A DNA stretch of 42,881 nt from positions 1-42,881 of IMG/VR virus record IMGVR_UViG_3300027969_000172. The stretch is one strand, 5' to 3'. Source of the DNA: a virus. Taxonomy: Duplodnaviria > Caudoviricetes. Both the position numbers and the translations under genes were made by a program. This document shows positions 24,825-35,530 of this stretch, piece after piece; the first letter of the stretch is position 1, and the number at the start of each line of letters is the position of its first letter. The notes under the pieces are model-generated. The model was given only the letters and a program-made list of their open reading frames with translations. It was not told the origin of the DNA and made no database searches.

Positions 24825-25036
24825 TGGAAGAACATCAAGCCAATCTACGCGATCTGGCCTCCATGTTTGCCTTGGCCGGCCTCATCATCCGCAACAGGGA
24901 AGGCGATAACCTGGCCGAGGTAGCTCATGACATAGCCGATCAATGGTTAGAAGCCCGTAACAAGGAGCCCGAAGAAGGACTGGCCGCAATCAAGAAAGGC
25001 AAACGCAATGTCAGAAAACATGAGGACATACGGTAA
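24824..25036 (+). CDS. Small protein, divergent LRD.AS.FA...A..IAD family
   Basis: TAATG overlap, GAGG RBS; resembles 19843..20091. Confidence 0.6.
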   Translation: MEEHQANLRDLASMFALAGLIIRNREGDNLAEVAHDIADQWLEARNKEPEEGLAAIKKGKRNVRKHEDIR

Positions 25037-25202
25037 GCGCTACTGCGCTATCTGTGAGCATTCCAAACCCCTAGACCACGGCAAACTTGTAGATCCAAAA
25101 GGCAACCGCTGGGTCTGCTATGACTGTAAACCAAATGTATCGAAACGAAAAACTACTAAAAGCCGCAAGGCTCCTGCCGTGTCAGCACTGCGGAGTGAGT
25201 GA
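25008..25202 (+). CDS. Small Zn-ribbon protein
   Basis: CAIC...RWVCYDC; AAAGG RBS; same pattern as 16984..17175. Confidence 0.5.
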   Translation: MSENMRTYGKRYCAICEHSKPLDHGKLVDPKGNRWVCYDCKPNVSKRKTTKSRKAPAVSALRSE

Positions 25203-25422
25203 TGGAACAGTGGTAGCCGCCCACAGTAACCAGCTGCGGGATGGAAAAGGCCGGGGCCTGAAGGCGCATGACTACCGAATTGCATCCTTATGTTATCGGT
25301 GCCACATGGAGCTGGATCAGGGGGCTAAGATGGATAAGGCCCAGCGTGTTGAAATGTGGGAGGATGCACATCGCAAGACGCTGGGCCTGTTCTTTGAGCA
25401 GGGTATTATTGGCCCCGTCTAA
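25120..25422 (+). CDS. DUF1364/YbcO-like His-Cys putative nuclease
   Basis: LL.AAR..PCQ.CG....TVVAAHSN...GKG.G.KAHD...A.LCY.CH..LD; start may be 25135. Confidence 0.8.
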   Translation: MTVNQMYRNEKLLKAARLLPCQHCGVSDGTVVAAHSNQLRDGKGRGLKAHDYRIASLCYRCHMELDQGAKMDKAQRVEMWEDAHRKTLGLFFEQGIIGPV

Positions 25423-28400
25423 CCTGATTGTTGAAGTCAGTCATCTTCTTCAAGATTTCATCTTCCTTGCGCTTAACAGCCTCCCTTGGGGCATCCTTCT
25501 CAATCAGCGCTCTCTTTTCTTTATTCAGCTTGACGATCTGATTCTCAACATTGTTAGCCCGCTGCCACAACCTGGCCTCTGGGTTAGCCTTAACGTACTC
25601 AGTTGGGCTAACCTTGTCTTTACGCAGGCCCTTGATCTCATGCTCATGCTTGGCCATCTCTTTCACGTTCTCATAGAACCTTGATCGAGTAGCAGCTGGT
25701 GACTCAGCTTCTCCGTAGAAGCGGCCAACTATCGGCAGCTTGTAGGCCGGCACCTCTTCTTGAGTGACCGCCTTAGACTTAGCAAACTCTCCAACCTTCA
25801 TGATCTCCCGGCCAACACCGCCAGTGACTTGACCGATGAAGTAATCAATCTGATCGGCGGTAGGACTGAAGAATCCCTTGGTATGCTGGGTGCCAGCTGG
25901 AGAGGTTGCCCAGTTGATTGCCTCTGCAAGCTTCTTACTGAAGAGGCTGGAGTTCTCACGCGAACGCTCGTATCCGGGCGTAGGTGCGTTGCCCTTGTCT
26001 TCCCTGTAGATTGGCCGACCAAAGGCATCACGGTTACTGTAAATGGCTGCAAACGGATCGAGGATCGTAGGCATAGCCATTAACAAAGGATTACCAGCTC
26101 CACCCAATGGGTTGAACGCATCAAACACCAAAGACACCGCGCTCATAACCTTATCGCCCGGGCCTTTGCGGCTTCTGATCATGCCGGTTTCAATTAACAA
26201 TGTTTCCATGGCAAGGCGGCCAATACCGGGGAACATATTAAAGCCCAGTGGCATTGGAATAGACAAATACTTCTTGTCCGAGAATGGAATTGGAATGATG
26301 AAGTTCTTGTCTTTGACAAACTCTGGTGGCTCATCATCGTCAAACCCAGCCATGGCCAAGACAATAGCCTGCATAGATCCAAGGAACATACCGCCAAAGA
26401 TAATCTTCTTACCCATAGGCCCGCGCAGTGTTTCCACCATGCGCGCACTACCCTGAATGGCAGCGTTAAAGAACGCATACAGGGAGGAGATAAGACCAGT
26501 CCTAGCACCCTTGCGGTTGAAGTTAACAGTCAGATTCTTAGCAATGCTGGCTGCCTTGTCTTCGCTTAGACCACTCTCCACGGCTACCTTAAATGCAGAC
26601 AAACGCACGGCATTCTCAATGGCATCGTTGTAGTCTGACAGCCAGTCAAATACCGCATCAACAGACTTCTTGACGTTGCCACGGTTAAGGCGCTTCAGTT
26701 CTTGCTCAACAACATTACCCTTGCGAGCTGTCTCTGCAAATTGATTCTGGTAACCAGTCTGACCGCCGGCCAGTTGGAAACGCTCAAACCAATCTTGCAT
26801 TTCAGCCATAGCTTCGGTAGTCGCACCCTTACCGCGCAGATCACGATAGATCGCGCGCAAGGCTGGCAGCACGTTGGCCCGCACTTGCTTTTCCTTGCCA
26901 GCAATCTCTGTCGTTGACAAGTTAAGAGAAGCAGCGCCAAGGTCACGTAAGAAGTTAACACCACCAAACACGATGTTGTACTGGGTATTAACAGACGCAA
27001 ACCAGCGAGTGACCATACCGACTGTGCCAATTACATCGCCCAGTCTTTCGGTATCAAGGTTCTTAATTGACTCAACCATACGCAATGCACGGGGGTCATT
27101 GGGGTTGAAGAAGATAAAGCGGTCTTCGCCGTTAATACGGACAGGAAAGACGTTGGGGCTGTTACGCAGCAGGGGGTTAACCTGATACTTAACCTGACCA
27201 GTCTTCTTATCAAACATCGGCTGGCGCGGCTCTTGGATGATGTTCTGAGCATCTTCAGGCTTGAGGCCCAGAGAGATCAGCTCGGCTTCCAACTTATCTT
27301 TGTCTTTGATGGCGTCAGGATTGATAGCCAACCAGAAGCCAGGATTTGGATGCTTGATGGCCATGCCATACAAAGCGCGGCCAACACGGGCCTGCTCAGA
27401 CCTACGCAAGGCGCGCTCACGCTGCATAGCAATATTGGCAAAGATGTCAATGACTGGCTTGTCAGAACCAACACGGCGCTTAGATGCAGAACCACGGGTA
27501 GCAAAGCCACCCATGACGCCACGGCCAGTGTGTACAAAGTCAAGGTTATCGCGCTGCAGCGGAACGTAGTTCTTGTATGTCTTATTCCACTCGTCAATTG
27601 TGTCCTGAGTCTCAAGGCCGTTGGCCACCAAGACGCGCTGAGTCTCTTTGACAATCTTGTCAACCTTGGCTGCAAGAGCCGTGAGATCTTTGCGTTTTTC
27701 TGGCGTCAACTCCGCCATGTATTTATCGGCAGCTTCATCTGAAACGCTGGAGCCAGCCTCTGGGAAGCCAGTCGGATTGATCTTAGCAATGTATGCGTTG
27801 GCTTCTTTAGCGTGGCGGTTGAGCAAGAACGTTTCAAGCTCATCCAGCGTCACGTTTTTCTCTTGCATTTCCTCAAGCACCGGGCGCATCTCGTCATTAA
27901 GAAAATCGCCAGTACGCTTGGCCAGACGGCCATGGTAGTTCTCTTCCTTCATGTAGGCGTCAAACTGCTCATTAAGCTTTTTGCCGGTGCTATTGATTGA
28001 TTGAATCAAACGCTTGGTGTCGATGAGTTTGTCGCCATACTTGTAGATCACATCGTCCATGAACGACATCTCTGGGATTTCCATGTCCGGCTGGGGCGCT
28101 TCACCACCTTGGTAGTTGCGCCGCTCAATGCTTTGGTAGTCGCCTACACCTAGCATCTCATCGGTAACAAAATTACCATCAGACTTAGCCAGACTATCCA
28201 ATGCGCGGATGATGGAGACGTCAGACTTCAAGCCAAACAATGATTTGATCGTTTGACCCAGCTCACGCAACCAGTTCTTAAGCTTGGAAAGTGTTCCACC
28301 TTTGACGGCCTCAAAGCGACCTTCAACAATGCGTGAACCGTTAACAGCCCAGAACTCTGATGGGTTAAAGAACTGGTACATATCCAAGGGCACGGCGCCC

Positions 28401-31400
28401 TGCAACAAAAGCATTTCTGCAAGCTTTACGCTGGTATTCCCGCGAGCCATGTCTTCCAAGGCCATGCGCGCATTAGAGTACGCCACGCCGGCACCCTCTG
28501 GGACGTTCACCATGGCGTGTTTATTGTCGCCAAAATTTGCATCCAACACGGCTTCAAAGTAAAGCTTCTGGACTGGGTCTTTAGTAGCTTTGGCCGCCTT
28601 TGTCAGCTGAGTCAACCAAGCTTTACGAATGGCTTGCTGAATCTTAAGCGGCATCATGCGCTCAAGATGGTGCAAAATTTCGTGTACGGTTGTAAGGTCT
28701 GAGCCACCATTCTTGAATAACGTGATGATGCGTGAGAGGTTGTTATAGAACCCGCCCGCACCTTCTCTTTTGTTGGCTTTAATGCTGATACCAAGGTCAT
28801 CGACCAAAGCCTCGTTCTGCTGCATAAACCAATTAGCCAAGTCGTATGCTTCCCGCGTCAACTCACCTCTACGAACAGCTGCCGACAGTTTTTCTTGGAT
28901 GTGCAAGTACCCGCGCTGGCGTGGTTTTGCGGGATTAAGCAAGTCATTTTCATAGTCTTCACGGATGGCCGCATCGGTCATTAGGACGTACATCTCGTCA
29001 GACATTTTGCCGGCCTTGCGCTGGCGGTTGTACGTTTTAAGCTTACGAATCAAAGACGGGGAACGCTTCTTCTCATCTTCCGCCATGTCACCGGCCATCT
29101 GATCAGTAAGCTTGACCAAATCATCACCAAGACTCTTGTTAATGTTGCCAGACTCATCAAACGTACCACGGTTACCAGTGGCTGACTTGATTTGCTCTGG
29201 CTCTAAAGCAATCCATACATCCTGATCTTTAAACTCAGCGCTCTTGGGGTCAGCCTTAATATGGATGCCATCTTTGCCAGCTTCTTTTAAGAACTTACGC
29301 AGGGCTTCAACTTCTTTTGCGCCAATCTTACGGCCATCGTCCACGCCGTTTTCCATCATGCGGGCGCGTCTTAACATTGTTCCAAATGTTGTGGTGTATG
29401 GGTTCTTGATAGACAAGTACACGGGATAGACCGCAGCGCCTTCACCAGTGCCAGAGTACATCTGGGCACCACCTTCGCCGGGGTTGGTGCTGAAGAAGCT
29501 GCCAACAGTATCAATAGATGGCTTACGGAACTGAGTGGTAAACATCCGGTCAAACGCCATGATGTCCCCCATACCCTTCACACCTTCGGTATCTGGACGA
29601 ACGATGGTGCCGTGGTAGACAACCAATGGATTGCCGTCAGCATCTACAACCTTGCTGTCGCCAAAGAACTTCTTAAACGCTGGCGTCCCAGTCTGCTTCT
29701 CAAGACTGAAGAATCGTTCTTCCCTGCCAGCTTGTTTACGCTCGGCAACCGTCTTAGGAGCAGGCACCTGTTGCTCTGTGACGGTGGTCTTGGTCTTAGC
29801 CGGAAACATAGCCGCAGTGGCAGCTTGATTGTCTGGTAGCACAAAGATCATGCCGCCGTTGAGCGCGTCAATGTTTGGCAGAATAGACTTTAGGAATGTT
29901 TCATGTGCTGTATTGATGCAGCCGTAGCTAATACGCTTATCCTCTGCCCCGGGCGTAGCCAAACGCTCAAGCCGTTTTTCTTGTGGGTTTCCAAGGTATG
30001 CGGCATGAACAGCAATTATTCCGTTGCCGGCAGTCTCTGACAAAGCCAATGTCACGCCGCCCGCATATTCAGCATCAGGCATAGCCGCCAACGTAAACTT
30101 TCCCGCTGGAGTTATCTTGGGCCCGCCTACTAAAGACGAAACATCGCTTTCAACGTCACCAATGTCTTTACCGTACAGGGCGGTGTCTTGAACCAGCATT
30201 GACCCGTCAGCAAAGAAAACGTGCATCATGCCGTTTGGCTTGTCTGCAATGATGAATCCTTTGCCAGAAGCCTTGGCTGTGGGCGCCATTGACTCGTAAA
30301 CCGACTGCGCCAACGTAGACATCTTGGCTTTTGCGTTTGCAGGGACTTCAGCTTTGACTTGCGTAGTAACAGTAGTTTTGTAAGTTTTTGGTAGGTTAAA
30401 TTCAAAGTTGTTGGTCAGCGCCATTGGGTTAAGAACAACCGCAGCAGACATTACGCCAGCAGCTATTTGCCGGATGATTGCGCGAATCCTTCCGTTAACC
30501 GCCTTGGCGCCCTCGTTAATGAACGCAATGACATCTTTACGCAGGCTATCTAAAAACTCGGTGCTATTGCGCTTGGCGCCGTACTGGCTTTCTAGGGATT
30601 TAGTCTGGTCTTCGCTTAACTTGGAGGTTTGATCAGTCAGAATCTTTTGCTGCCTCTCCTCGCCAATCTCAGTAAATTCACCTTCCATGGTGTAGGGCTC
30701 AAAGCCAACCTGGCCGGCAATCTGTGGCTCTTTGGCGGGCAGCACTTCAGTTTCAGGCTGCCTGACAATAACCCTCTCACTTACGCCGCTGTCTGTCTCT
30801 TGGAACTTGAAGTCAAACTTCTTGTAAAGATTAACCAGCTGGTCAAAGTCAAGGCCAACATCTTTTTGCTTGAGGTTAACGATGGGCACGGGCTCGCCAT
30901 ACAGGGTTATTCCGTACTGGTCAGCAACCTTGGTAAGGTCTTTAAGAACCTGAGTGCCTTTGCCTTTGCCGCGATCCTTGGGATCAACAGCAAGCATTTC
31001 AAGGGTTAGCTCATTAGGGTTACCCATGCCGTACTGAACACGGCCCTTCCACTCAAACAATACTTGGTTAGGGCTAACAGCTATGCGCGCGCCATCCTTC
31101 TCAAATGTGCGGTGTTGTTTGCCGCCCTTGTCTGTGTAGGTGCGTGGATCATTTAGGGCCAACACTGTGTAGCCTGTATTAACAAGGCCATACGCAGCTG
31201 GGTAACTCAGGGTGTTGCCTTCAGGGGTTTCCACTTCAAAAGACGGCTCTTCGGCTGGCTCTTCAACCGCCTGCTCTTGCGCCCGTTCCTCAAGTAATTC
31301 GTCAACACGCTCATCAATAGCGTTGTCTCTGGCGTCATCTAGCAGGCCGCTTAGAGTATCCAGAACTTCGCTTGCATCTTGCTCTCTATCGCTAAGACCT

Positions 31401-34400
31401 TCTCGGACATCTTCTACATCATCAAGGACGCCATCACGCTCTAGCTTTTTAATGAAGCTTCGGATCTGAGCCTTGGTTTCAATGTCGCCGTTTTCAATCT
31501 TAGCAATAGCCTGACCAATTGGGCCTTCATCAATTTCAGCTTCTGCCTTGTTTCGTATGGCTTCTTCTGCCGCCTCTTCCGCCGCTTCGGTTTCAGCCTC
31601 TGTTGGCGCGGCTTCTGCAGCAGCTCTTGCAGCCCTACCTTCGGCTGCAGTCAACTCGCCTTGCAGCTTGGATATTTCTGAAACAAGAGACTTACGTTTT
31701 TCTTTGTTGAGCTCTAAATCAAGCTGGTCTTCCAAGTCTTGGAGCTCGTCTTGAATCTCTTCAACGCTTCTTTGTTTTACTACTGGCTTTTCTACCTGCT
31801 GAATTGCAGGCTTGCCTTCAAGCTCACGCAGGCGCTTGTCGATCTCAGCCATGCGAGCTTCTTGCTCTGGCGTTTCTTCTAGGCCAGCCTTGATGATCTG
31901 GAGCATCAAAGTCTTCTGCTCTTTTTTCAGGTCAGCAATCTCTTGCTTGTTGTCCTTGGGCTTCTCAACTACGGCAACGTTCTTTGGCATATTTTCAAGG
32001 ACAGCAATTGCCCCATCAATATCGCCTTTTTTGTAAAGGGCACCAATTGCTTTGCGTACTTCAGAATTTGTTGTATCAAGGTAGGCAAATGCTTCTGCCC
32101 CAATTTCTGGAAACTCTTCACCCAATTCAACCGGGTTAAAAGTATTATCTTCAGCAAAGATGTCCTTCTGGCCACGGGCTGCAGCAACATCAGCCGCACG
32201 GTCACTGCCGGTCAGGGTGAACTCAGCAGCCTGTTCATCTGCCTTGGCCTTGGCTTCTGCCTGCTTGGCTAGGCGCTCGTTCTCCTTGCTTAGACGATCA
32301 ATCTCGTCTTGCTTAGACTTCAGCTCATCTTTTGTGGGGGCTGTGAGCTCAAACGCTTCTCTTTCACTTGTTTCAGCAGCGCGATCCTTGTTGCTGGGCT
32401 CAGTGATCTCAGCTTTTTGATCAGCTTCTCTTTGTTCATCTGCTGCAATTTGGAGTTCACGATTCTGTTCCTCAATGGTTAAGTATTCTTTAACAAGATC
32501 TTCCGCATCCTTGACGGAATCAAAAATCATTTCAATTTCTGTTTTGGCGTCAAATGGCACATAGTCTTGACTGCCAACCGCATCTTTAATTAACTGAGCT
32601 GATTCAGCTGCATCAAAGTTATTTGCGTCATGGCGTTTGTCTGGTGGCAAGAATGCGTCCAATGCCCCATCATCAACCAAGTCAACAATGTAGGCGCCAT
32701 TGCCATTACCCTGAGTGATTTGTAACCTACGCTGACCAAGATTTGGTTTCTTACCAAAAATCTCGCGAACCTCTTCTGGGTTTAATGAGCCAGTAAGGGC
32801 GCTCCACAAGCTTCCAGGCTTGGCGCGCATTTTATTAACAGTCTTAACGGACTGATCAACCCTTGCTTTTGCTTCAATAAATTCTTTAGGTTGCGTGGCT
32901 TTACCGCCCATGACGCCAAACGATTCATCGGGCTCAAGCTCAGTAGGCTCTTCTTGGCGAGCCGATTTCTTGCGCTTATCCAAGCCTTCTAGTGTCTGGC
33001 TCTCTGGTGAGAATGTCACATACTCTTTGTACTTAGTGCCGCTCTTTAAAGCATCTCCCATGCGAGTAAGCGCGTCATAGCCGGCTTCGTTATAAATGGC
33101 TCCCAATACATCCGTGTAACCTTGAGGCAAAGCATCAGAAAGCTTGCGCGGCTCAAATCCACCGCGATTTAAATTGGAGTGAATCTTTTGAAGATCTTCC
33201 GTAACCGCCTCATTGGTTGCTTCATCGTAATAAGGAACACCATACGCCTGCAATTCTTCGGCAGTTGTTGGAATTGCGCGCTTCAGATTAACAACATCTT
33301 CTTTGGTTAATTTGTCCAAATCAAGAACACGGCTGGCTTTAAGCTCACCCTGCAACACAGTGCCGTTTGTATTGCGCGAAGCAAACTCTTTGGCCGCCTG
33401 CTCGGACTCTGTTGTGTAGTAGCCAGCACCAAGATTGCCATCATCAGCGCTTTTAAACTCTTCCCCAACTTTGTGGCCACGGAATACTTTTGTCGCCTCT
33501 GTTTTGGCTGGCGGTATTGTTTCAACTGGCTTCTCTGTCACAGGGGCTGGTTTGGGAGCGGTCTTAGGTTTATTAGCCTCAATAAACTTATCAACAACTT
33601 GATCAACCTGATCCATGCTCATGGACTTAGGAGCCGGCATTGGTTCACCGCGCTTCATAGCCTCAAGAATTCCAACACTCTGAGAACTCTTGTACTGCTC
33701 TTCAGCTTGCTTGACAGTGTCCATCAAACGCTGACCCAGAGGTGTCGTGCTTCCACCCTTGATCAGACCGTTCTCTGTCATCCAAGTGAGTGTTTCCTTT
33801 GGCAGTTTGCCCGCATTGCCTTGCCAACCATCAATGATGGCGTTGTAGATCTCAGGCGTACTTGGGCGAGCTTTTGCCTCTGGTTCTTTAGGCATAACCT
33901 CTTCAACCAGTTTTGTGCTGGCTGGTTGCTCTAAAGGCGCTTCAACGGCAGCAGCTTGAACAACAGGCGCCTCCGCTGGCCTCTCAACCTTAACTTCAGG
34001 CTCTTTTTCTTGGGGGTAATTAACACTGTTAATTAACTCTTGCAACATGGCCTGCGTATCGCGGGACTCAGATTCAGGAGCCTGTATGGTTTCCGCTGGG
34101 CCAGCAGGAGGTGCGGGCGGCATAGGAGCTTGAGCAGCCGGTGCAGCTGGAGGTGCGGGCGGCCTACCTTCTGGCGTCAGGAATCCCCTTTGACGGGCCA
34201 TGAGTTCAGCCAAGCCGCCTTCTGGCTGGACATACTTCTCACGCTCTGGAGCTTTGGCTTCACCTTCACTCAGAGCGCCCTTTACCGTACCGGGGCCAGC
34301 ACCACCAAGGAAGCCAAGAATAAAGTTACCCGCAGAATCTTCGCCCAACTCTTTGCTTGGAATGACGTTCTTTAGGGTTACATCAGAAGCCAAGCCTTCG

Positions 34401-35512
34401 CCGGTTTCTTGAACAGCTTCTTCTAAGCCGGATGCAGTGCCAACACCAGCTGTACGAGCAAGGCGGTTTGTGCCAAGCTTGGCGATTGCTTTATCAAATG
34501 CACCAGTGACCAGCTTACCAGTCAGGACGTCACCAAATGTAGCAACCAGGCCCTGAAGTGCAGCGCCTGATTCAGCGGCCTTCTTAACGGTCAACTCGCG
34601 CGCTTCTTTAGGTGAAGCTCCAGCTGCAATTAACTGTGCATAGATTGGGCTCTTCTGACGCAACTCTGCATCAGGAATCTTGTTTATGTACTCTGCAGCC
34701 TTGGTGGCCGCTTCATCAGCCGCCATGGTGCCGCCAACAAAACCACCAGCGCCCGGGCTCTTGGTGACCATGGCCGTAGCAATGACTGGCGCCATAGAAC
34801 CAAACACATTAGCCGCCTGCAAAGCATAGCCATAAGCATTTGGGTTTGTACCAAAGTCAACTTCACCTTCAAAGATGTTGCCGGTGATCTGTGACTCTTG
34901 AAGAGCTTTCTTGGCCTCTGGAGACAGGCTACCAAGAATGTCCTTTTGAACATTCTCGCCAATCTTGTTAAGAGCTTTTGCGCCCGGAATAGATGGGATT
35001 GAAGCAATAGTGCGTTGAACCTCAAGCTGCTTTTTAAGTCTATCTTCTTCCGTCTTAGGCCCAAACAGTTTATCCCTCTGCTGCATTAGCAAGGGTGATA
35101 AAAGTCTTACTAAACCCGGCTGGACTGCAGACGTCATTGAAGACTCTGGCTGCTCTAGCGCTTGACGAACAACTCCTTTGGCAGCTGTTTCTGTGGCCAG
35201 CGGTAATGCAAATGGAGCCTTGGCGCCGGGAGCTATGAACTGCTTGGCAAAGTCGGCCACAGTGGTAAACGCACCGGGCTCATTCATTCTGCCTTGGCCT
35301 TCAACCGTGTAATCCAGAGGCGCAGGAACGTCACCAATCACTTGGCCAAGAGGGTCGTAGGTTGGAGCTTCCCTTGGCTCCTCCCTTGGAGCCTTCTTAA
35401 CTATAGATGGCAAGCCTTCTTGATCGGTATCCTTCTGAGAAACTAACGTATACCCTTCTGGGAGTTTAGTTTTCTGTGGCTCAACAAGAACATACCCAGC
35501 TGGTAACGCCAT
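25406..35512 (-). CDS. Giant polyvalent protein, probably internal virion / ejected (ART-like x2, GNAT, L,D-transpeptidase, zincin, LPD38-like)
   Basis: 3368 aa, last gene of tail/ejection operon, GGAG RBS; domain motifs detailed in findings. Confidence 0.85.
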   Translation of the reverse strand: MALPAGYVLVEPQKTKLPEGYTLVSQKDTDQEGLPSIVKKAPREEPREAPTYDPLGQVIGDVPAPLDYTVEGQGRMNEPGAFTTVADFAKQFIAPGAKAPFALPLATETAAKGVVRQALEQPESSMTSAVQPGLVRLLSPLLMQQRDKLFGPKTEEDRLKKQLEVQRTIASIPSIPGAKALNKIGENVQKDILGSLSPEAKKALQESQITGNIFEGEVDFGTNPNAYGYALQAANVFGSMAPVIATAMVTKSPGAGGFVGGTMAADEAATKAAEYINKIPDAELRQKSPIYAQLIAAGASPKEARELTVKKAAESGAALQGLVATFGDVLTGKLVTGAFDKAIAKLGTNRLARTAGVGTASGLEEAVQETGEGLASDVTLKNVIPSKELGEDSAGNFILGFLGGAGPGTVKGALSEGEAKAPEREKYVQPEGGLAELMARQRGFLTPEGRPPAPPAAPAAQAPMPPAPPAGPAETIQAPESESRDTQAMLQELINSVNYPQEKEPEVKVERPAEAPVVQAAAVEAPLEQPASTKLVEEVMPKEPEAKARPSTPEIYNAIIDGWQGNAGKLPKETLTWMTENGLIKGGSTTPLGQRLMDTVKQAEEQYKSSQSVGILEAMKRGEPMPAPKSMSMDQVDQVVDKFIEANKPKTAPKPAPVTEKPVETIPPAKTEATKVFRGHKVGEEFKSADDGNLGAGYYTTESEQAAKEFASRNTNGTVLQGELKASRVLDLDKLTKEDVVNLKRAIPTTAEELQAYGVPYYDEATNEAVTEDLQKIHSNLNRGGFEPRKLSDALPQGYTDVLGAIYNEAGYDALTRMGDALKSGTKYKEYVTFSPESQTLEGLDKRKKSARQEEPTELEPDESFGVMGGKATQPKEFIEAKARVDQSVKTVNKMRAKPGSLWSALTGSLNPEEVREIFGKKPNLGQRRLQITQGNGNGAYIVDLVDDGALDAFLPPDKRHDANNFDAAESAQLIKDAVGSQDYVPFDAKTEIEMIFDSVKDAEDLVKEYLTIEEQNRELQIAADEQREADQKAEITEPSNKDRAAETSEREAFELTAPTKDELKSKQDEIDRLSKENERLAKQAEAKAKADEQAAEFTLTGSDRAADVAAARGQKDIFAEDNTFNPVELGEEFPEIGAEAFAYLDTTNSEVRKAIGALYKKGDIDGAIAVLENMPKNVAVVEKPKDNKQEIADLKKEQKTLMLQIIKAGLEETPEQEARMAEIDKRLRELEGKPAIQQVEKPVVKQRSVEEIQDELQDLEDQLDLELNKEKRKSLVSEISKLQGELTAAEGRAARAAAEAAPTEAETEAAEEAAEEAIRNKAEAEIDEGPIGQAIAKIENGDIETKAQIRSFIKKLERDGVLDDVEDVREGLSDREQDASEVLDTLSGLLDDARDNAIDERVDELLEERAQEQAVEEPAEEPSFEVETPEGNTLSYPAAYGLVNTGYTVLALNDPRTYTDKGGKQHRTFEKDGARIAVSPNQVLFEWKGRVQYGMGNPNELTLEMLAVDPKDRGKGKGTQVLKDLTKVADQYGITLYGEPVPIVNLKQKDVGLDFDQLVNLYKKFDFKFQETDSGVSERVIVRQPETEVLPAKEPQIAGQVGFEPYTMEGEFTEIGEERQQKILTDQTSKLSEDQTKSLESQYGAKRNSTEFLDSLRKDVIAFINEGAKAVNGRIRAIIRQIAAGVMSAAVVLNPMALTNNFEFNLPKTYKTTVTTQVKAEVPANAKAKMSTLAQSVYESMAPTAKASGKGFIIADKPNGMMHVFFADGSMLVQDTALYGKDIGDVESDVSSLVGGPKITPAGKFTLAAMPDAEYAGGVTLALSETAGNGIIAVHAAYLGNPQEKRLERLATPGAEDKRISYGCINTAHETFLKSILPNIDALNGGMIFVLPDNQAATAAMFPAKTKTTVTEQQVPAPKTVAERKQAGREERFFSLEKQTGTPAFKKFFGDSKVVDADGNPLVVYHGTIVRPDTEGVKGMGDIMAFDRMFTTQFRKPSIDTVGSFFSTNPGEGGAQMYSGTGEGAAVYPVYLSIKNPYTTTFGTMLRRARMMENGVDDGRKIGAKEVEALRKFLKEAGKDGIHIKADPKSAEFKDQDVWIALEPEQIKSATGNRGTFDESGNINKSLGDDLVKLTDQMAGDMAEDEKKRSPSLIRKLKTYNRQRKAGKMSDEMYVLMTDAAIREDYENDLLNPAKPRQRGYLHIQEKLSAAVRRGELTREAYDLANWFMQQNEALVDDLGISIKANKREGAGGFYNNLSRIITLFKNGGSDLTTVHEILHHLERMMPLKIQQAIRKAWLTQLTKAAKATKDPVQKLYFEAVLDANFGDNKHAMVNVPEGAGVAYSNARMALEDMARGNTSVKLAEMLLLQGAVPLDMYQFFNPSEFWAVNGSRIVEGRFEAVKGGTLSKLKNWLRELGQTIKSLFGLKSDVSIIRALDSLAKSDGNFVTDEMLGVGDYQSIERRNYQGGEAPQPDMEIPEMSFMDDVIYKYGDKLIDTKRLIQSINSTGKKLNEQFDAYMKEENYHGRLAKRTGDFLNDEMRPVLEEMQEKNVTLDELETFLLNRHAKEANAYIAKINPTGFPEAGSSVSDEAADKYMAELTPEKRKDLTALAAKVDKIVKETQRVLVANGLETQDTIDEWNKTYKNYVPLQRDNLDFVHTGRGVMGGFATRGSASKRRVGSDKPVIDIFANIAMQRERALRRSEQARVGRALYGMAIKHPNPGFWLAINPDAIKDKDKLEAELISLGLKPEDAQNIIQEPRQPMFDKKTGQVKYQVNPLLRNSPNVFPVRINGEDRFIFFNPNDPRALRMVESIKNLDTERLGDVIGTVGMVTRWFASVNTQYNIVFGGVNFLRDLGAASLNLSTTEIAGKEKQVRANVLPALRAIYRDLRGKGATTEAMAEMQDWFERFQLAGGQTGYQNQFAETARKGNVVEQELKRLNRGNVKKSVDAVFDWLSDYNDAIENAVRLSAFKVAVESGLSEDKAASIAKNLTVNFNRKGARTGLISSLYAFFNAAIQGSARMVETLRGPMGKKIIFGGMFLGSMQAIVLAMAGFDDDEPPEFVKDKNFIIPIPFSDKKYLSIPMPLGFNMFPGIGRLAMETLLIETGMIRSRKGPGDKVMSAVSLVFDAFNPLGGAGNPLLMAMPTILDPFAAIYSNRDAFGRPIYREDKGNAPTPGYERSRENSSLFSKKLAEAINWATSPAGTQHTKGFFSPTADQIDYFIGQVTGGVGREIMKVGEFAKSKAVTQEEVPAYKLPIVGRFYGEAESPAATRSRFYENVKEMAKHEHEIKGLRKDKVSPTEYVKANPEARLWQRANNVENQIVKLNKEKRALIEKDAPREAVKRKEDEILKKMTDFNNQVRRGQ
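34017..34035. promoter_or_regulatory. Intragenic palindrome TTAACA-N-TGTTAA
   Basis: TAATTAACACTGTTAATTA, AT-rich island inside the giant gene. Confidence 0.6.
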
Positions 35513-35530
35513 ATCTACTCCAAACCAAAA

